A stretch of DNA of 64,000 nucleotides, from NCBI RefSeq assembly GCF_030144855.1, contig NC_082707.1, forward strand, positions 129,890,001-129,954,000, read 5' to 3'. Positions 1-12,609 of the stretch are shown piece after piece. Source of the DNA: Hypanus sabinus. Lineage: Eukaryota. Under the pieces are notes generated by a model. That model had not been told where the DNA came from. It searched no databases and saw only the letters and a program-made list of their open reading frames with translations. The first letter of the stretch is position 1. Each line of letters opens with the position of its first letter. The position numbers and the translations under genes are program-made.

Positions 1-2658
1 TGACCAAAAGAGTTTTCAAAACTAATGAAATAACTTAAGCAAAGTCAAAGGTTTATGAATAAATATCAGAACTCAACATTAGCATTTTTGCAATTACCAA
101 GTGAGTCCAGGCCTCTGCCAGGGAATGGCACAGCCTGCTCCATGTGCTGTCAAATTGCACAGGTCCTACAATCCCTCTCACTACTATGTTGGATTTGTTA
201 TAAATTGTTGCATCTCCTGTCTTTGGCTACACATTTCTTCTCAGGCCAGAGGTCTGCCATGTTAGCGACCTTAAATGCCAGTGATCAATGTTGAGTTTAT
301 TGCCAAAGAGAAATCCACAGCCTGGGAAGAACTGTGCAGCAAAATAAAGAAGGGGAGACAGCAGCTTCCATGATATCACATAGGAGATAAAGAGATCACA
401 GCATCTAATCATATGAAGCAGCTGCTGCCAACCCCCAGCAATGGTCTGCACTTAATGGCCATTAATAAGGTACATTACAGGATCATGGAATAAAGGACAC
501 AGCAATCTGTTCATTACAACTATTCTACAGACCCATTCCAATGCCACAGAAAATTTAATTACTGACAATTTGGTCAAGTTGAAGATTTTTTTAATAGCTG
601 GTATTAGTTGCAAGACTGGATTTGGTTATTATAATTTTCTTTAGTCAAGCAAGTTAGTGTATGAGTTTAGAATGAGTTGCTCGTCATTTTGCAATACGTA
701 ATGAAGGATTTATTGGATGAATTTGCAGGGTTTGGTTGCATTTCTTCCTCTGCTTGTACTAAATAAATCAGCACTACTATATCATACCCTGGCCTATCCC
801 ATACCCTTACTCTATCAAGTGTAACTGAAATGCTTCAAAGCAAAATATTTGGAGAGACAAATGGAAACAAGGGTATGAATACCTAATTCATGTCACTGTA
901 AGGTATTGAAGCTACAACCTTTTGTCATTATGCTATATAAGCTCATACTAGGTAATGCAAGCCCAGTCCAGAATGTACTTAGCTTGGAAAACAATTACTG
1001 TAGCAACTAACAGCACTGAATCAAACAAATCGCCCCTATACAAAAAACATTTTTCACTGAAATCAAAAGGAGGAGTTAGTAGAAATTCTTAACTGGGGCT
1101 GGATATGGGAGTTTTGCCATAAAATGATAACATTACAAATGGTAAATCTTCATTCAGAAATGTACTAGTTGATCCTAACAAAGCTATCCCCAGCTTATGA
1201 ACATGCAAACTGTTGACATCTATAAGTAAAAGTGAGCTCTAACATTATATTCAAATGTCTGATGTACATAAAACCTTCATTCCTATGAATGGCAAAACTA
1301 AATTCTTTCTTATTAGTTAAGTGTCATTAATGCTATTCATTATAACACTATGGAGGAATGGTTTCTACAGTGATTTTTATGTATTTTCTGACACAGACAA
1401 AATTTACTTAAGGACGTTTGTAAAACAGAAACTATTCAATACCTGTGGAAGCCTGCATTTGCAGAACTATGTCCAAGGAGCAGAAAATAAATAGAAAAAA
1501 AGTAGCACTTAGGAAACCCTGAGATTAAGACATAATTTATTAAAGGCAAACATTGCCTAACAAAAATCAGGGAGCTCTATTATAAAACAACAAAACATGG
1601 AAGATGGTGGCATTTGTAAAATATGAACGTTCTAAGTGTTCATAACTGATAACTATAAACAATTGCAGCACATACATACACTTGATAAAAAGATTATAAA
1701 GCATGCAGCTTTATAAAATGTAACGTTCCCAGATCCGAAGGAAGTGCACCAGAGGTTAGAGCTTGTACTTCTTCATTTAAAAAAATACAACATACAAATC
1801 AAGTTTTAAGTTTCAAAGTTTATAGATGGCACAAAACCTAGAAAAGCAGTCACTTTAGGGAAGATATTAATTATTGGTGGAGTGAAATCAGAGACATTGT
1901 GTACAATTATAAAAAAAACAATACTTCTTTACTAGTTAGGCCTTATCTGGTGCATGTCATAAAATGATAGGCTGCAGAATAAACTGACAAGAACAATATC
2001 GGATACAAATGCCTATTCTGATAAATGCTCAATGCTCTCAGCTCTTAAGTTTAATAGAGAAAATTAAAATTGAGAGATTTTTTAAGGTTACAAACAGGAG
2101 AATGCATTTCCAATATTACTTGAATTCACAGAAGGCATTTGACAAGGTGCCTTATATGAGGCTGCTAAACAAGATTCCGTGGTATTACAGGAAAGATACT
2201 AAAACGAATAGAAGTTTGGCTAACTGACAGGAGGCAACCAGTGGAATAAAGGGGGCCTTTTATGGTTGGCTGCCAGTGACAACTGGTGTTTTGCAGGGAT
2301 TGGTGTTGGGTCTGCTTCTTTTCAAATTATATGTCAATGATTTGGATGATGGAATTGATGGCTTTGTGGCCAACTTTGCGGATGATATGAAAATAGGTGG
2401 AGGGACAGGTAGTGTTGAGGAAGCAGGGAGTCTGTAGATGGACTTGGACAGATTGGGAGAATAGGCAAAGAAATGGCAGATAGAATACGGTGTTGGAAAG
2501 TGCATAGTCATGCACTTCAGTAGAAGAAATAAAGGCAGACTATTTTCAAAACAGAGAGAAAATTCAGAAATCAAGGGTCAAAGGGATTTGGGAGTTCTCA
2601 TGCTGGAGTCACTATCCTAAAGGTTAACTTGCTGGTTGAGTTGGGTTTAACGAAAGCA

Positions 2659-3243
2659 TGGTCTGCTCTTTATTAGATTACAGTATTGCTCTGCATTGTT
2701 AGAACTATTGTTAAATTATGTGGTTTTTGTTAGTTAGTCTTTTATCAATTATGGTATTGTCTGCACTGCTGTAACTAAATGTTATAATTATGTGATTTTT
2801 GTCTTTTATCAATTATGGTATTGTCTGCACTGTTGTAACTAAATGTTATAATTATGTGATTTTTGTCAGTCTTTAATCAATTATGGTATTGTCTGCACTG
2901 TTGCAACTAAATATTACCTATAACTATGTGGTTTTGTGTAGGTTTTTGGTTTGTTGGGTGGTAGTGCTGGTCTCTTGACTTGGTGTGTCTGGGTAGTCTT
3001 GTTTTGTCTGATGGGTTTGGAGTTCCTTTCCGGGGAACGTGCTAAGATGGTAGCGCGATATTGATACGCAGCAGCCTTTCTAGACTCTGGATTGGAGATT
3101 ACCAAATGTTATGTGGTTTTTCTTGTGTAATCTGTTTTGTCGTGTGCTTTTTTTTTGTGAAATCATTCCGGAGAACGTTGTCTCATTTTTTAACAGCATT
3201 GCATTTGTGGTTTCCAAATAACAACGAACTGAATCTGAATCTG
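2659..3243 (+). mobile_element. 3' end of a second retroposon inserted in the CR1
   Basis: Ends in a (CTGAAT)n tail; the CR1 sequence resumes directly afterwards (AAGCA|AATGCAATG). Confidence 0.6.
2683..2938. repeat. Minisatellite, about 64-bp unit, 3 copies plus one degenerate copy
   Basis: GTCTTTTATCAATTATGGTATTGTCTGCACTG(C/T)TGTAACTAAATGTTATAATTATGTGATTTTT repeated at about 2737, 2801 and 2869. Confidence 0.9.
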
Positions 3244-5904
3244 AAATGCAATGTTTGCATTCATTTTGAGATGACTAGAATATAAAAGCAAGGATGTAAT
3301 TCTGAGGCTTTATAAAGCAGTTTTACTAGCATCGGTGAGGGTCCAGAGGAGGGTCACGAGAATGATTCCGACTATGGAAGGGTTAATGTATGAGGATTGT
3401 TTAATGGCTCTGAGCCTGTACTCGCTGGAGTTTAGCAGAATTGGGGGTGGGGGGGGGGGCATCTCTTTGAAGCCTATCGAATATTGAAAGGTCTAGATAG
3501 AGTGGATGTGGAGAGGATGTTTCCTATGGTCAGGGAGTTCAGCACCAGAGGGCACAACCTTAGAATAGAGGAATTCATTGCCACAGACAGCTGTGGAGAT
3601 TGATAGGTTCTCGATTAGTAAAGATTACGGGGAGAAGGCAGGAGTATGGAATTGAGAAGGATAATAAATCAGCCATGATGGAATGGCAGAGCAGACTCAC
3701 TGGTATGAATGGTCTAATTCTGCTCCTATATCTTATGGTCTAACATTAGGAGAGTTGGGAGCAGATAAAAAAAAAAGAAAATATTCTCACACACAAGTAC
3801 TGAAACAGTCATTAGACACCAAAAATGATCTTGCAATGAATTAGACATATGGGCATTATTATATACAGTACATCTCCAAACAAAATTGCTATCCAAATGT
3901 TTGGAAATTTTGAAACTTCCTGCGCTCCCATTAATGTCAGAGGTCCTAGTTCCTGGACTGGTCACTGGAGAATTTATTATACCACTGTGTAACAAAAGTC
4001 TGCTGTACATTAATTGCAATATTATCTAACAGTCCAGAAAATCCACCATTCCAGCACCAAAGTGCTCAGCATGTCAGAGTAATGGAGTTTCAATGTAGGT
4101 AATCTACAATGTCAAACATTTCTAAAAGAAATTTTAAAATGACAAGCCATGCATACGTCAGGAAACAAAAAAGCAAAAACTGTCAATGTACATTTGTATC
4201 ATCATACAGAAAATGCAAAGACAGCATAGAATATTAAATTCTTCAAATCTGTCAGTCATTCATCTATACTAATAACTGGGGAGAATATAATTTCACCTGT
4301 GGCTGACAGACTGCTCTTCTTTTAGACAAAAACTATATCTTCAAATCAATTGCCACAATAATCACATCACTCCTCTAAACAATGTGCTAATTATAAAACT
4401 GAGGAATAGAATTAAATCCATGTGCAGAAATATTCTAAACACCTAAAAATATGTATTAATAATGTCTAATCTGCCGCTACTGTAAGACAACTTCCAGCAT
4501 TGTTTTAATCCAATAGATTTTTCCAGCAAGCTTAATTCCAGTTGTAAATTGTGCTTTCAAAATAAAGTATATCTTCCACGGTTAAAAGGTACAAACAGGA
4601 AGTTATGTAAAACTAATTAAAAGATAACCTTTCAGTATCATTAGTAGCTCTACCAACACATTGGCATACGCATCTTTGCCACATCCTCAATGCCGCAACA
4701 AACTGGACTTCTTTCCTTTCATTCCTCCTTGTCAGGCTGTATTTATCAAAAGCGGCACCCTGATCTGCCTCTGATGCAATTGCTAACTTAGTGTTTAAAG
4801 TTCACAATCATGGAATAATTGTGCAGGAAAAGAGAAAGCATCTTAAGGGTATAAGGGGAGAAAAAGTAAGCAAGACTTGGAAGAGCCTCAAGTACCGTCT
4901 TGCCCTTGACCTACTTCTGGTGTCAGACACAGAGGTAGATGATTTTAAAACAAGATTTAAATTAGATCTCTGGAAGCCATGTCTCCCACTCCTTTCATGT
5001 TGGCCCTGATCAATTTCAAGTGAATGGGCTCAAGCACACCTAGGAGATGAAGTATTAGATAGTTCTGCTGAAGCTAAGGGACTCAACAACAATCTAAATT
5101 GAACAGCCAAGATCAGAGAAAGAGACCTCAGCATAATTTGGAATGGATGAAACTCAAATAGTTTCACCACATTGCTGTCTGCTCTACTGCATATTTGTAA
5201 CATTTTCTATTCTAGTTCAGATTTCCAGCACATACAGTACTTTGCTTTTCAATGTTAAGATTATGTACAGAAACTAATTCTAGCATAGTTTAGCATTGAG
5301 CCAAATAGGAAGTATTACAACAAATTGTTAAAATTCTGGTTGAAGTTTTTAAAGAAGCATCATAAAAGAGGGAAATGAAGGAGGTTCAAAGAAGAGATTG
5401 GGATGGCCCTGTTCAGTTTTGGACAGCTGCCAGCAAAAGAAATAAATCAGTAGCTATGGAACAGAGTTCTTAATTGGGTTGAATATAATTAGTTTGGTCT
5501 TCTAGGTATTTAATTGGAGGAAAGTTTTGCTCATTTAATACATAACCTCCAACAGAGTCTAGAAAGATTGGAGGAGTGGAAAGATTAAATGTGTGCTATT
5601 GCACTAGAATTGAATATCAGATTACATATGAAAGAAAGTATTTTTGAGTTTCAATTAATTATTCAAAGAATACATCACCACTACAACCAAAGCACTTGCA
5701 ATGGGGAGACAGAATAGTACCAATCCACTAAATACAACACAATGAAGAGGGAAGTGAACATTTGACCCAAGACTAGTTTTGGAACACATTCATGCCATCA
5801 GCAAAATCACTTATTTGCATCTTCATGGTTCAATTCTGGCCCGTGCCTCATCTTACCTGCTTAAATCATCAATCATGCACTATCTGCATTTACATTTACA
5901 TTTA

Positions 5905-6052
5905 CATGAAGCACTGCCACAAGAAAGCAGCATCCAGCATCAAGGATGCCCACCGTCCAGACCATGCTCTCTTCTCATTACTACTCTCTCAGGCAGGAGA
6001 GCCAGTAGCGTTAGGTCCCACATCAACAGGCTCAGGAACAGCTATTACCCTA
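5905..6052 (+). mobile_element. Rex1/Babar-like LINE 3' fragment
   Basis: KKAASSIKDAHRPDHALFSLL..RLRNSYYP, the same family as copies at 7.1-8.5, 25.3-26.3 and 30.4-31.1 kb. Confidence 0.65.
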
Positions 6053-7094
6053 TTACTGGTCCAGCCACATAAATATTGCAGCAATTAGTCAGATATGTAT
6101 TTTAGGACAGGCTCACCATGAACTCTAAAAGCATTTTCAATATTGTAAAGAGTTGTGATAAACTATTTCCACAGAGCTCCAAACTACCACACCAAAAGTA
6201 AAACAATCTGCTTGAACAGCACCATAACAGCACTGTAAATACTTATTCTTTTCACCATTGGTATATTGTGGCTGAGGATGGAGACCACACACAAGTCATA
6301 CTGCAACAACTTGCCAATATTTAGTCATACAGTAGAGTAATATTGCATGGAAACAGGCCCTTTGGCCCAACTCATCCATGATGCCCAAGCTAATCCCAGG
6401 GGTTCCTAACATTATTATGCCATGAACAAATACCGTGAAGCAAGGGGTCCATAGATCCTAGGTTGGGATCCCCTGCTTTGGCCAATGTTTGGCACATATC
6501 CATCAAAACCGACCTTATCCATGTACCTGTCCAACTGTCTGTAATAATGTCTCCCAAATCCATGGCTTCCACCACTAAGAATGGCAAGGATAACAGCAAA
6601 TTGGAATTCCACTACTTCTGATTGATTTACTTCCACATCTAGATCAAAGTTCTAAAATTTTTGACTTTGTAACACAGTGAGAGCATTATCTCAAGGACTG
6701 AGTGGTTTAATATAATGACTGATTGTAACCAACTCAAAGGCAATTAGAAATTAACAATAAATACTGGCCTCACCGAACATAAATAAATGTTTTCAAATTA
6801 TTGAACAACTAGGCAATTGAAATTTTAAAATCGACTTGGGTTTTGCTGGATTAGGGATATTAGAGGATATGAACTAAAATCAGGAGTTGCTTTGCAATTC
6901 AATTGTGATCTAATTGAATAGGCAAGTAACCCTTCATAATTGTAAGTTTCTTCATCCTTATGAATCAGAGATATCTGTTCCTTTCCAAATACAGCTTCTT
7001 GAGCATCTCTGATCTTAACTGCTGTACCTTGGAAGCCATGCCCAATTGCCAAGATACTGAGCTAGGAAATTCATTCCTTAAATCCCTCTGCCTG

Positions 7095-8600
7095 TATCAC
7101 AGACATTCTGAGTGTACTGTGGAAAACACTGTGACTGGCTGCATCACTGCCTGCTATACAGGCTGCAATGCACAGGATTGAATAAGGCTGCAGGGGCTGT
7201 AGACTCGGTCAGCTCCACCATGGGCACAAGAATCATCACCATTGAGGGCATCTTCAAAAGGTAGCGTCTCAAGAAGAAACGATCATCATTAAGGGCCCTC
7301 ACCATCTGAGACATGCGCTCTTCTCATTACAACCATCAAGGAAGAGGTACAGAAGCCTGAAGAGCCACACTTTAATTTTAGGAATATCTTCTTCTCCTCT
7401 TCAATCAGATTCCTGAAAAGTCCTAATTATTGACTTCAGGAGGAGGAAACCAGAGGTCTATGAGCCAGTTCTGATCAGAGGTTAAGAACTGGAGAAGGTC
7501 AACAACTTTAAATTCTCTGGTGTTATCATTTTAGAGGACCTGTCCTAAGCCCAACATGCAAGTGCAATTATAAAGAAAGAATGGCAAGACATCCAATTCC
7601 TAAGGAGTTTGTGAAAATTTGGCATGACAAACTTCTATAGATCTGTGTGCTGGATACTATATATGCTGCATCATAGCCTAGCATGGAAACACCAATGCCC
7701 CTGAATGGCAAGTCCTACAAAAAGTAGTGAACATGGCTCAGTCCACCACGGATAAAGCTCTCCACTATTGAGCACATCTACACAAAGTGTTGCTACAGGA
7801 AAGTAGCATCCATCAACAGGGAGCCCTATCATCCAGGAAATGCTTTCTTCTCACTGCCGCCATCAGGAAGAAAGCACAGGAGCCTCAGGACTTACACCGC
7901 CAGGTTCAGGATCAGTTATTACCCCTCAGCCATTAGACTCTTGAACCAAAGGAGATAACTTCACTCAACTTCTCTTGCCCAATCATTGATATGTTCCCAT
8001 GATCTATGGCAAGCAAGAGAAAGACTGCGGATTCTAGAAATTCAGGCAGTACACACAAAATGCTGGGGCATCTCAGCAGGCCAAGCAGCATCTATGGAAA
8101 AAGTAAACAGTCAAAGTTTTGGGGTGAGACCTTTCTTCAGGTCCTGATGAAAGGTGTCAGCCCAAAATGTTGACTGTTTACATGTGTCTGTAGATGCGGT
8201 TTGGCCTGCTGAGGTCCTGCAGCATTTTGTGTGTATTGCCACAACCTATGGACTCATTTGAAGGAGACTTCATCTCATATTCTTGGCATTTACTGCTTAT
8301 TTATTATTATTATTTCTTTTTGTATTTGCAGTTTATTATCTTTTGCACACTGGTTGAATGCACAAGTTGGTGCTGTCTTTCATTGATTCTATTACGAATT
8401 TATTGAGCATGTCCACAAGAAAATGAACCTCAAGGTTGGACATGGTGACATACATATACTTTGATAATAAACTTACTTTGAACTCTGAACCAATGAATAC
8501 TACTCCCTCGCTATTCCTCTTTTGCATATTTGTATTGTAACTTTTTTGTAAGTTTTTTTTATGTCTTGCACTGTACCGTTACAAAACAACTAATTTCATG
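7095..8600 (+). mobile_element. Rex1/Babar-like LINE 3' fragments carrying a Penelope-derived hairpin insertion
   Basis: TGCITACY..CNAQD and IIDFRRRK motifs; 3' tail AATAAACTTACTTTGAACTCTGAA. Confidence 0.7.
8010..8239. repeat. Penelope-derived palindromic hairpin element with head-to-head degenerate hammerhead motifs
   Basis: Imperfect inverted repeat 8050-8235 centred on CAGGTCCTG (8142). Degenerate TSD CATGATCTATGG (7998-8009) / CACAACCTATGG (8240-8251). Confidence 0.75.
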
Positions 8601-9829
8601 ACATATTTCTGCGACAATAAACCCGATTCTGATTCTGCCTCTCTGCCCTTCTCTAAAACTACCTTATTTGACTAAGTTACAGTTATCCGCCCTTCTAACT
8701 CCCTATCAGACCAGATGTCAAATTTACTTAAGAATACAAGTGACATATCAGAATCATTTTCCTACTATGTGAAACCTATATGCACAATTAAAAAACATTG
8801 GCTGAATAATAATATAGATTGGAAATATCTGATGATCAAGTCCCATCTGAATAGATATACTGCTCTGGTTTACCATTCAGATCTACCGTACATTGTAAAA
8901 AAAAATAACATGTTTATGAAATGCTACATTAAAGTCCCCTTTGAGAGGATTAGATTACATTAGCAATTTGTTACCAAGTGAACCATGAGTTCTTTCGTAA
9001 AGCTCTCATCCCCTTGTTGTTACTCACACCCTCTCCATCATATTTAACGCTTGCTGATTTAAATTGGCGTAACAATGGCTAATTTTATTTTTGAACATTC
9101 TTTCATAGTCTCTGCATTTTGAACATCATCTGGTGTAACAACTCCAGTCTTTGGAGACACAAGAGACTACTGATGGTGGAATCTGGAGCAGCAAACAATC
9201 TGCTGGAGGATCTCAGAAAGTCAAGCAGCATCTGTGGGAGAAAAACAATCCTGATGCTTGACACACTGGGTTCATCCGGTAAATTTTTGTAACATTAGCC
9301 TTTCATTCCTCAACCCCGTTATTTCTCAAGATCTGTTCTTTAGTTCAGAACCATTGAATATTCTCAGTTTTAGTGTTCCATCATTTTGGATGTGTCTTTA
9401 TCTTGGTGCTGGATATATCTGCACTAACCTCTATGTGCTCAACTCTTTCCCGTTTTGAATGCTCCTATCAAGCACCTCCTAGATCAAGCTGTTGACCATC
9501 TACCCTTATGTGTTTCTATATCAAATTCTCTCCAATTATGCTCCTACCTTAGCCCTGAGATGTTCAAAAGCTGATATTTGCACTGAACATCTCGGGGACA
9601 CAGGCAAATATTGTAATATCGTACAATGAATCCTTTCACTTTCCTTGCTACCCAGCAGTAATTGATTTAAAACAGAAATCCCAGTAGCAATGAATTTAAA
9701 ACAGAGAATGCCACTAACAAATTCTGTCTAGGCAGCCTCAGCCAGGACGCGAACATGAAGTGGGAGATTAACATCTGGGATTTTAAGGAAACAAAAGTGC
9801 AACCACTCCTGGAACGGGAAAGGGTGACA

Positions 9830-10580
9830 GCAAAGTGTGGGAGGCTGGGGTGCGGCCTGCAGCGCTTCTCAGACCACGGCCTCGATTTCTGGTGACCGAG
9901 GCGTAGGGGAAGGCATCCCCCAGCTGCAAAAGTGAGAGGAGTGGAGGCGCAGGAGGGGTTGTATCCATAACAACAGGGCGCGTCTGTGTAAGTAGGTGGC
10001 TGTGCGACTCTGTTCCCCCACCCAGCCCCGGCCCACGGCCCCCCACTTCTTACCGGACACCAGCAGCTCGCCAGCGCCGCCGCTGAACTCGATGGCGTTG
10101 ACGCAGCCGAAGTGGCCAAGCAGGTCCTTCTTGAAGAGGTTCCTGCAGCCCGACAGCCGCTGGCGCTGGAAGCCTTCCTTGAGGAAACGGTCGCCGCTCA
10201 GCTCCCGGTGGCCCAGGAACCGCAGCAGTGGTCCCGGCCCGGGTCCCGGCTGACAGCGGCCGAGCTCCCGCATCGCGCCGCCTCCAGCTCCGCTCATTCA
10301 CTGCCACCGCCACTCCCCTTCATCGGCTCGGTTCCTTCCAGCGGATTAACGGCAGTCCCGGGCCGACATCAACACCACACGCCTCCGCCTCCGATTCTTT
10401 GCTGACCAGCCGCTCCTCACCCCTCTGAACTGGAAGTAGATGATACCCTTTGCTTCGACACTTATGTAAAATCACAGCTACAACGAAAACTGTTGCCGGG
10501 GGGCTCGCATTACACCCCCACCACTACAGAACAAAACCTTTCCTGAGCAAACCGATCACTACTCCCACAAATAACGCCGC
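9830..10580. promoter_or_regulatory. CpG island / DCAF5 promoter region
   Basis: Sharp rise in GC and CpG density around exon 1 against an AT-rich, CpG-poor background. Confidence 0.75.
10054..10297 (-). CDS. DCAF5: DDB1- and CUL4-associated factor 5 (WD40 substrate receptor), coding exon 1
   Basis: Translation ...FQRQRLSGCRNLFKKDLLGHFGCVNAIEFSGGAGELLVSG matches the recalled DCAF5 N-terminus (GCRNLYKKDLLGHFGCVNAIEFS...LVSG). Phase-1 donor G|GTAAGA at 10054/10053. ATG at 10297, alternative in-frame ATG at 10273. Lies in a CpG island. Exon 2 (GDDRRVLLW...) was not found in 1-10053. Confidence 0.93.
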
Positions 10581-10892
10581 CTGCTTCTGTGTGCAGTCAG
10601 AAATGTCAACTTTTGGGGGTGGGACCCAAGCCGTAAGGAAGTGTAAGACAGATCACATGCATCTTGTAAATAGCTTGGGTTTTATTATATATTTAAAAAA
10701 TTACACTTTTAAAAAAAAGAAGTGAAGAAGTTATATTGCTTTTTGTTGTTGCTCAAACACTTCTCATGTCATTTACATCTCCAATGAACCACCATTTGCT
10801 TTTTTTTGCCCATAACCAATCTCTCATATATCACCATCCCTGCTGTCATTTGTTCACAGGCAGAATTTATGGAGGGAGAAAACATTTCCTGA

Positions 10893-11150
10893 TCAACACA
10901 CCCAAAATGCTGGAGGAGTGCAGCATATCAGGCAGAATCCATGGAGGAAAAGGAATAGTCGACAGTTTGGTCTGAGACCCTTCAAGAGGACTGGAAAGGA
11001 AGGGTTCTGCTCCCTTTCCAGGATTGATGATGAGTCTTGGATCAAAACATTGACTATTTTCCTCCATACATCCTCCCAGACCCACTAAGTTCATATAGCA
11101 TTTTGTACGTTAATCTGGATTTCAGCATCCACAGCCTCTCTTGTGCCTCC
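10893..11150. repeat. Penelope-derived hairpin element
   Basis: CAAAATGCTGGAGGA..GAGACCCTTC..//..TGATGAGTCTTGGATCAAAACATTGAC..AGCATTTTGT inverted arrangement. Confidence 0.65.
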
Positions 11151-11339
11151 ATGTAACATTTCCTGTATGTTGTAAACAAAAAAAAACTGTTTCCCCCTCT
11201 GCAGATACTGGTTGTTTTCCTGGAAAGTTCCATCATTTTCTGTTTTATCTTTGGACTTACAGTGCTTGTAACTTTTCTTTAATTTTGATTATTTAATCAC
11301 TTCTGCATTCCATTTTTACAGACATTTCTTTTTATTTTC

Positions 11340-11730
11340 ACAATCCTCTCCTCTATGTGCTTAACTCATCTCCTAATCTGGATCCTTCTACCTCTTCTTT
11401 CACCCTTTCTTCCAGCTTTTTATGCTGGCTACTTCCCATCTATCTTTCAGTCTAAATGAAGGGTCTTGACCCAACATGTTAACTGTCCACTTCCCTCCAT
11501 AAATGATACCTGACCTGCTCAGTTTCTTCAGCATCTAATGTGTTGCTCCAGATTCCAGCATCTGCAGAGTCTCATGTCTCCATTTTTTGTTTGTCAGCCT
11601 GCCTATAAGTACAGCTAATAGTGTTCTGTGAATTCTGATGAAGGGTCACTGATCTGAAAATCTAATGCTTCACAGGTATTATCTGACCTGCTGAACATTT
11701 CCATTCTTATCTGCTTTAATCTCAACGAAC
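11340..11730 (+). repeat. Penelope pseudo-LTR fragments with hammerhead-like cores
   Basis: Pyrimidine-rich tract, ATGAAGGGTCTTGACCC (11457) and CTGATGAAGGGTCACTGATCTGAAA (11635-11659). Confidence 0.6.
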
Positions 11731-12379
11731 CATCCTTTAAGACAAGTATAGGCACTGTTTGCAGTGTTTGTAATTTAACTGTCAATTTATGCACACATTG
11801 ACCAGATGATGTTTTAAAATTAAAACATGAGAATATTATGATTGAGGCCCTTTGGTTGAGGTTGACATTCATCCCAACTGTTTTCATGATATGGAAGTCA
11901 AGGCAGTACGATATGAAGAGCAAGCTGTTGCCCATGTAGCAGGCTCCCCTACTCCATGCAGCTGGTGAATCCAAAGGAATGGCAAAGACTGATACAGTTT
12001 GACATCAGCAGCGTCACAGGAATGTTTGGGAATGCCAAGCATCGGTTCGATTTTACATCCTATATCATCATTCTTGGGTCAGGGCAGGATCTGTATTTAC
12101 TACATTCTTATTAATTATTAACATTACACCAGCTATTCCTCTCATAATAATTGATTAGCTAATATAATAGAGAGCAAAAGCACACAACTTCAGTGATCTG
12201 TGTTCAGTCATGACTTGTGGTGCTGTCCGTGTGCTGTAGGATTCCCCAGGTCACTACCGTTTCCTCCCAGCCCAAAAACGGGGTGGTTGGTAGGTTAAAA
12301 TCGTCCCTTATGTATGGTAAAATCAGAGTAAGAGGTGATGGGAATATGGGGAGAAAAAAATGATTTTAAAAGATCAAAA

Positions 12380-12540
12380 AGCAACTGTGTGGAACAACTT
12401 GTAGAGCTGCTGCCTCATTGCACTGGAGACCCAGGTACAATCTCGGCCTGTATTCTCTCCCTGTGACCATGTACTCTGGTTGCCTCCCACAGATGAAAGA
12501 TTAACCAGGGTATATAGGTGGAGGGGCAGTTAATAAGAAT
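12380..12540 (+). mobile_element. tRNA-derived SINE remnant (HE1/V-SINE-like)
   Basis: GTAGAGCTGCTGCCTCA..GAGACCCAGGTACAATC tRNA-like head, then TTCTCTCCCTGTGACCATG..CCTCCCACA core. Confidence 0.5.
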
Positions 12541-12609
12541 GTAGAGAAAGTAAAGAAAGAATTAATGTAAGTGAACTTGGTTGTCCAAATGTCTCTATGA
12601 CTATTTTGT

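Larger units (their letters stand above)
2090..3740 (+). mobile_element. Decayed 5'-truncated CR1 LINE (RT and 3' tail), interrupted at about 2659-3243
   Basis: KAFDKVP, YVNDLDDG..NFADDMKIGG motifs and a 3' tail CCTATATCTTATGGTCT; many stops and frameshifts. Confidence 0.85.

Noticed and set aside
2683-2938. CRISPR-like array
   Set aside because: Contiguous tandem units without unique spacers, no cas genes, eukaryotic context.
1-10053. DCAF5 exon 2
   Set aside because: No GDDRRVLLW/HHSNIFCLAF-like frame found by eye; probably outside the window, though a tBLASTn would be needed to exclude it.
9667-10428. Multiple alternative-frame ORFs around DCAF5 exon 1
   Set aside because: CpG-island artefacts; only one frame has homology and a splice donor.
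12380-12445. tRNA gene
   Set aside because: Only a degenerate tRNA-like SINE head; no complete cloverleaf.
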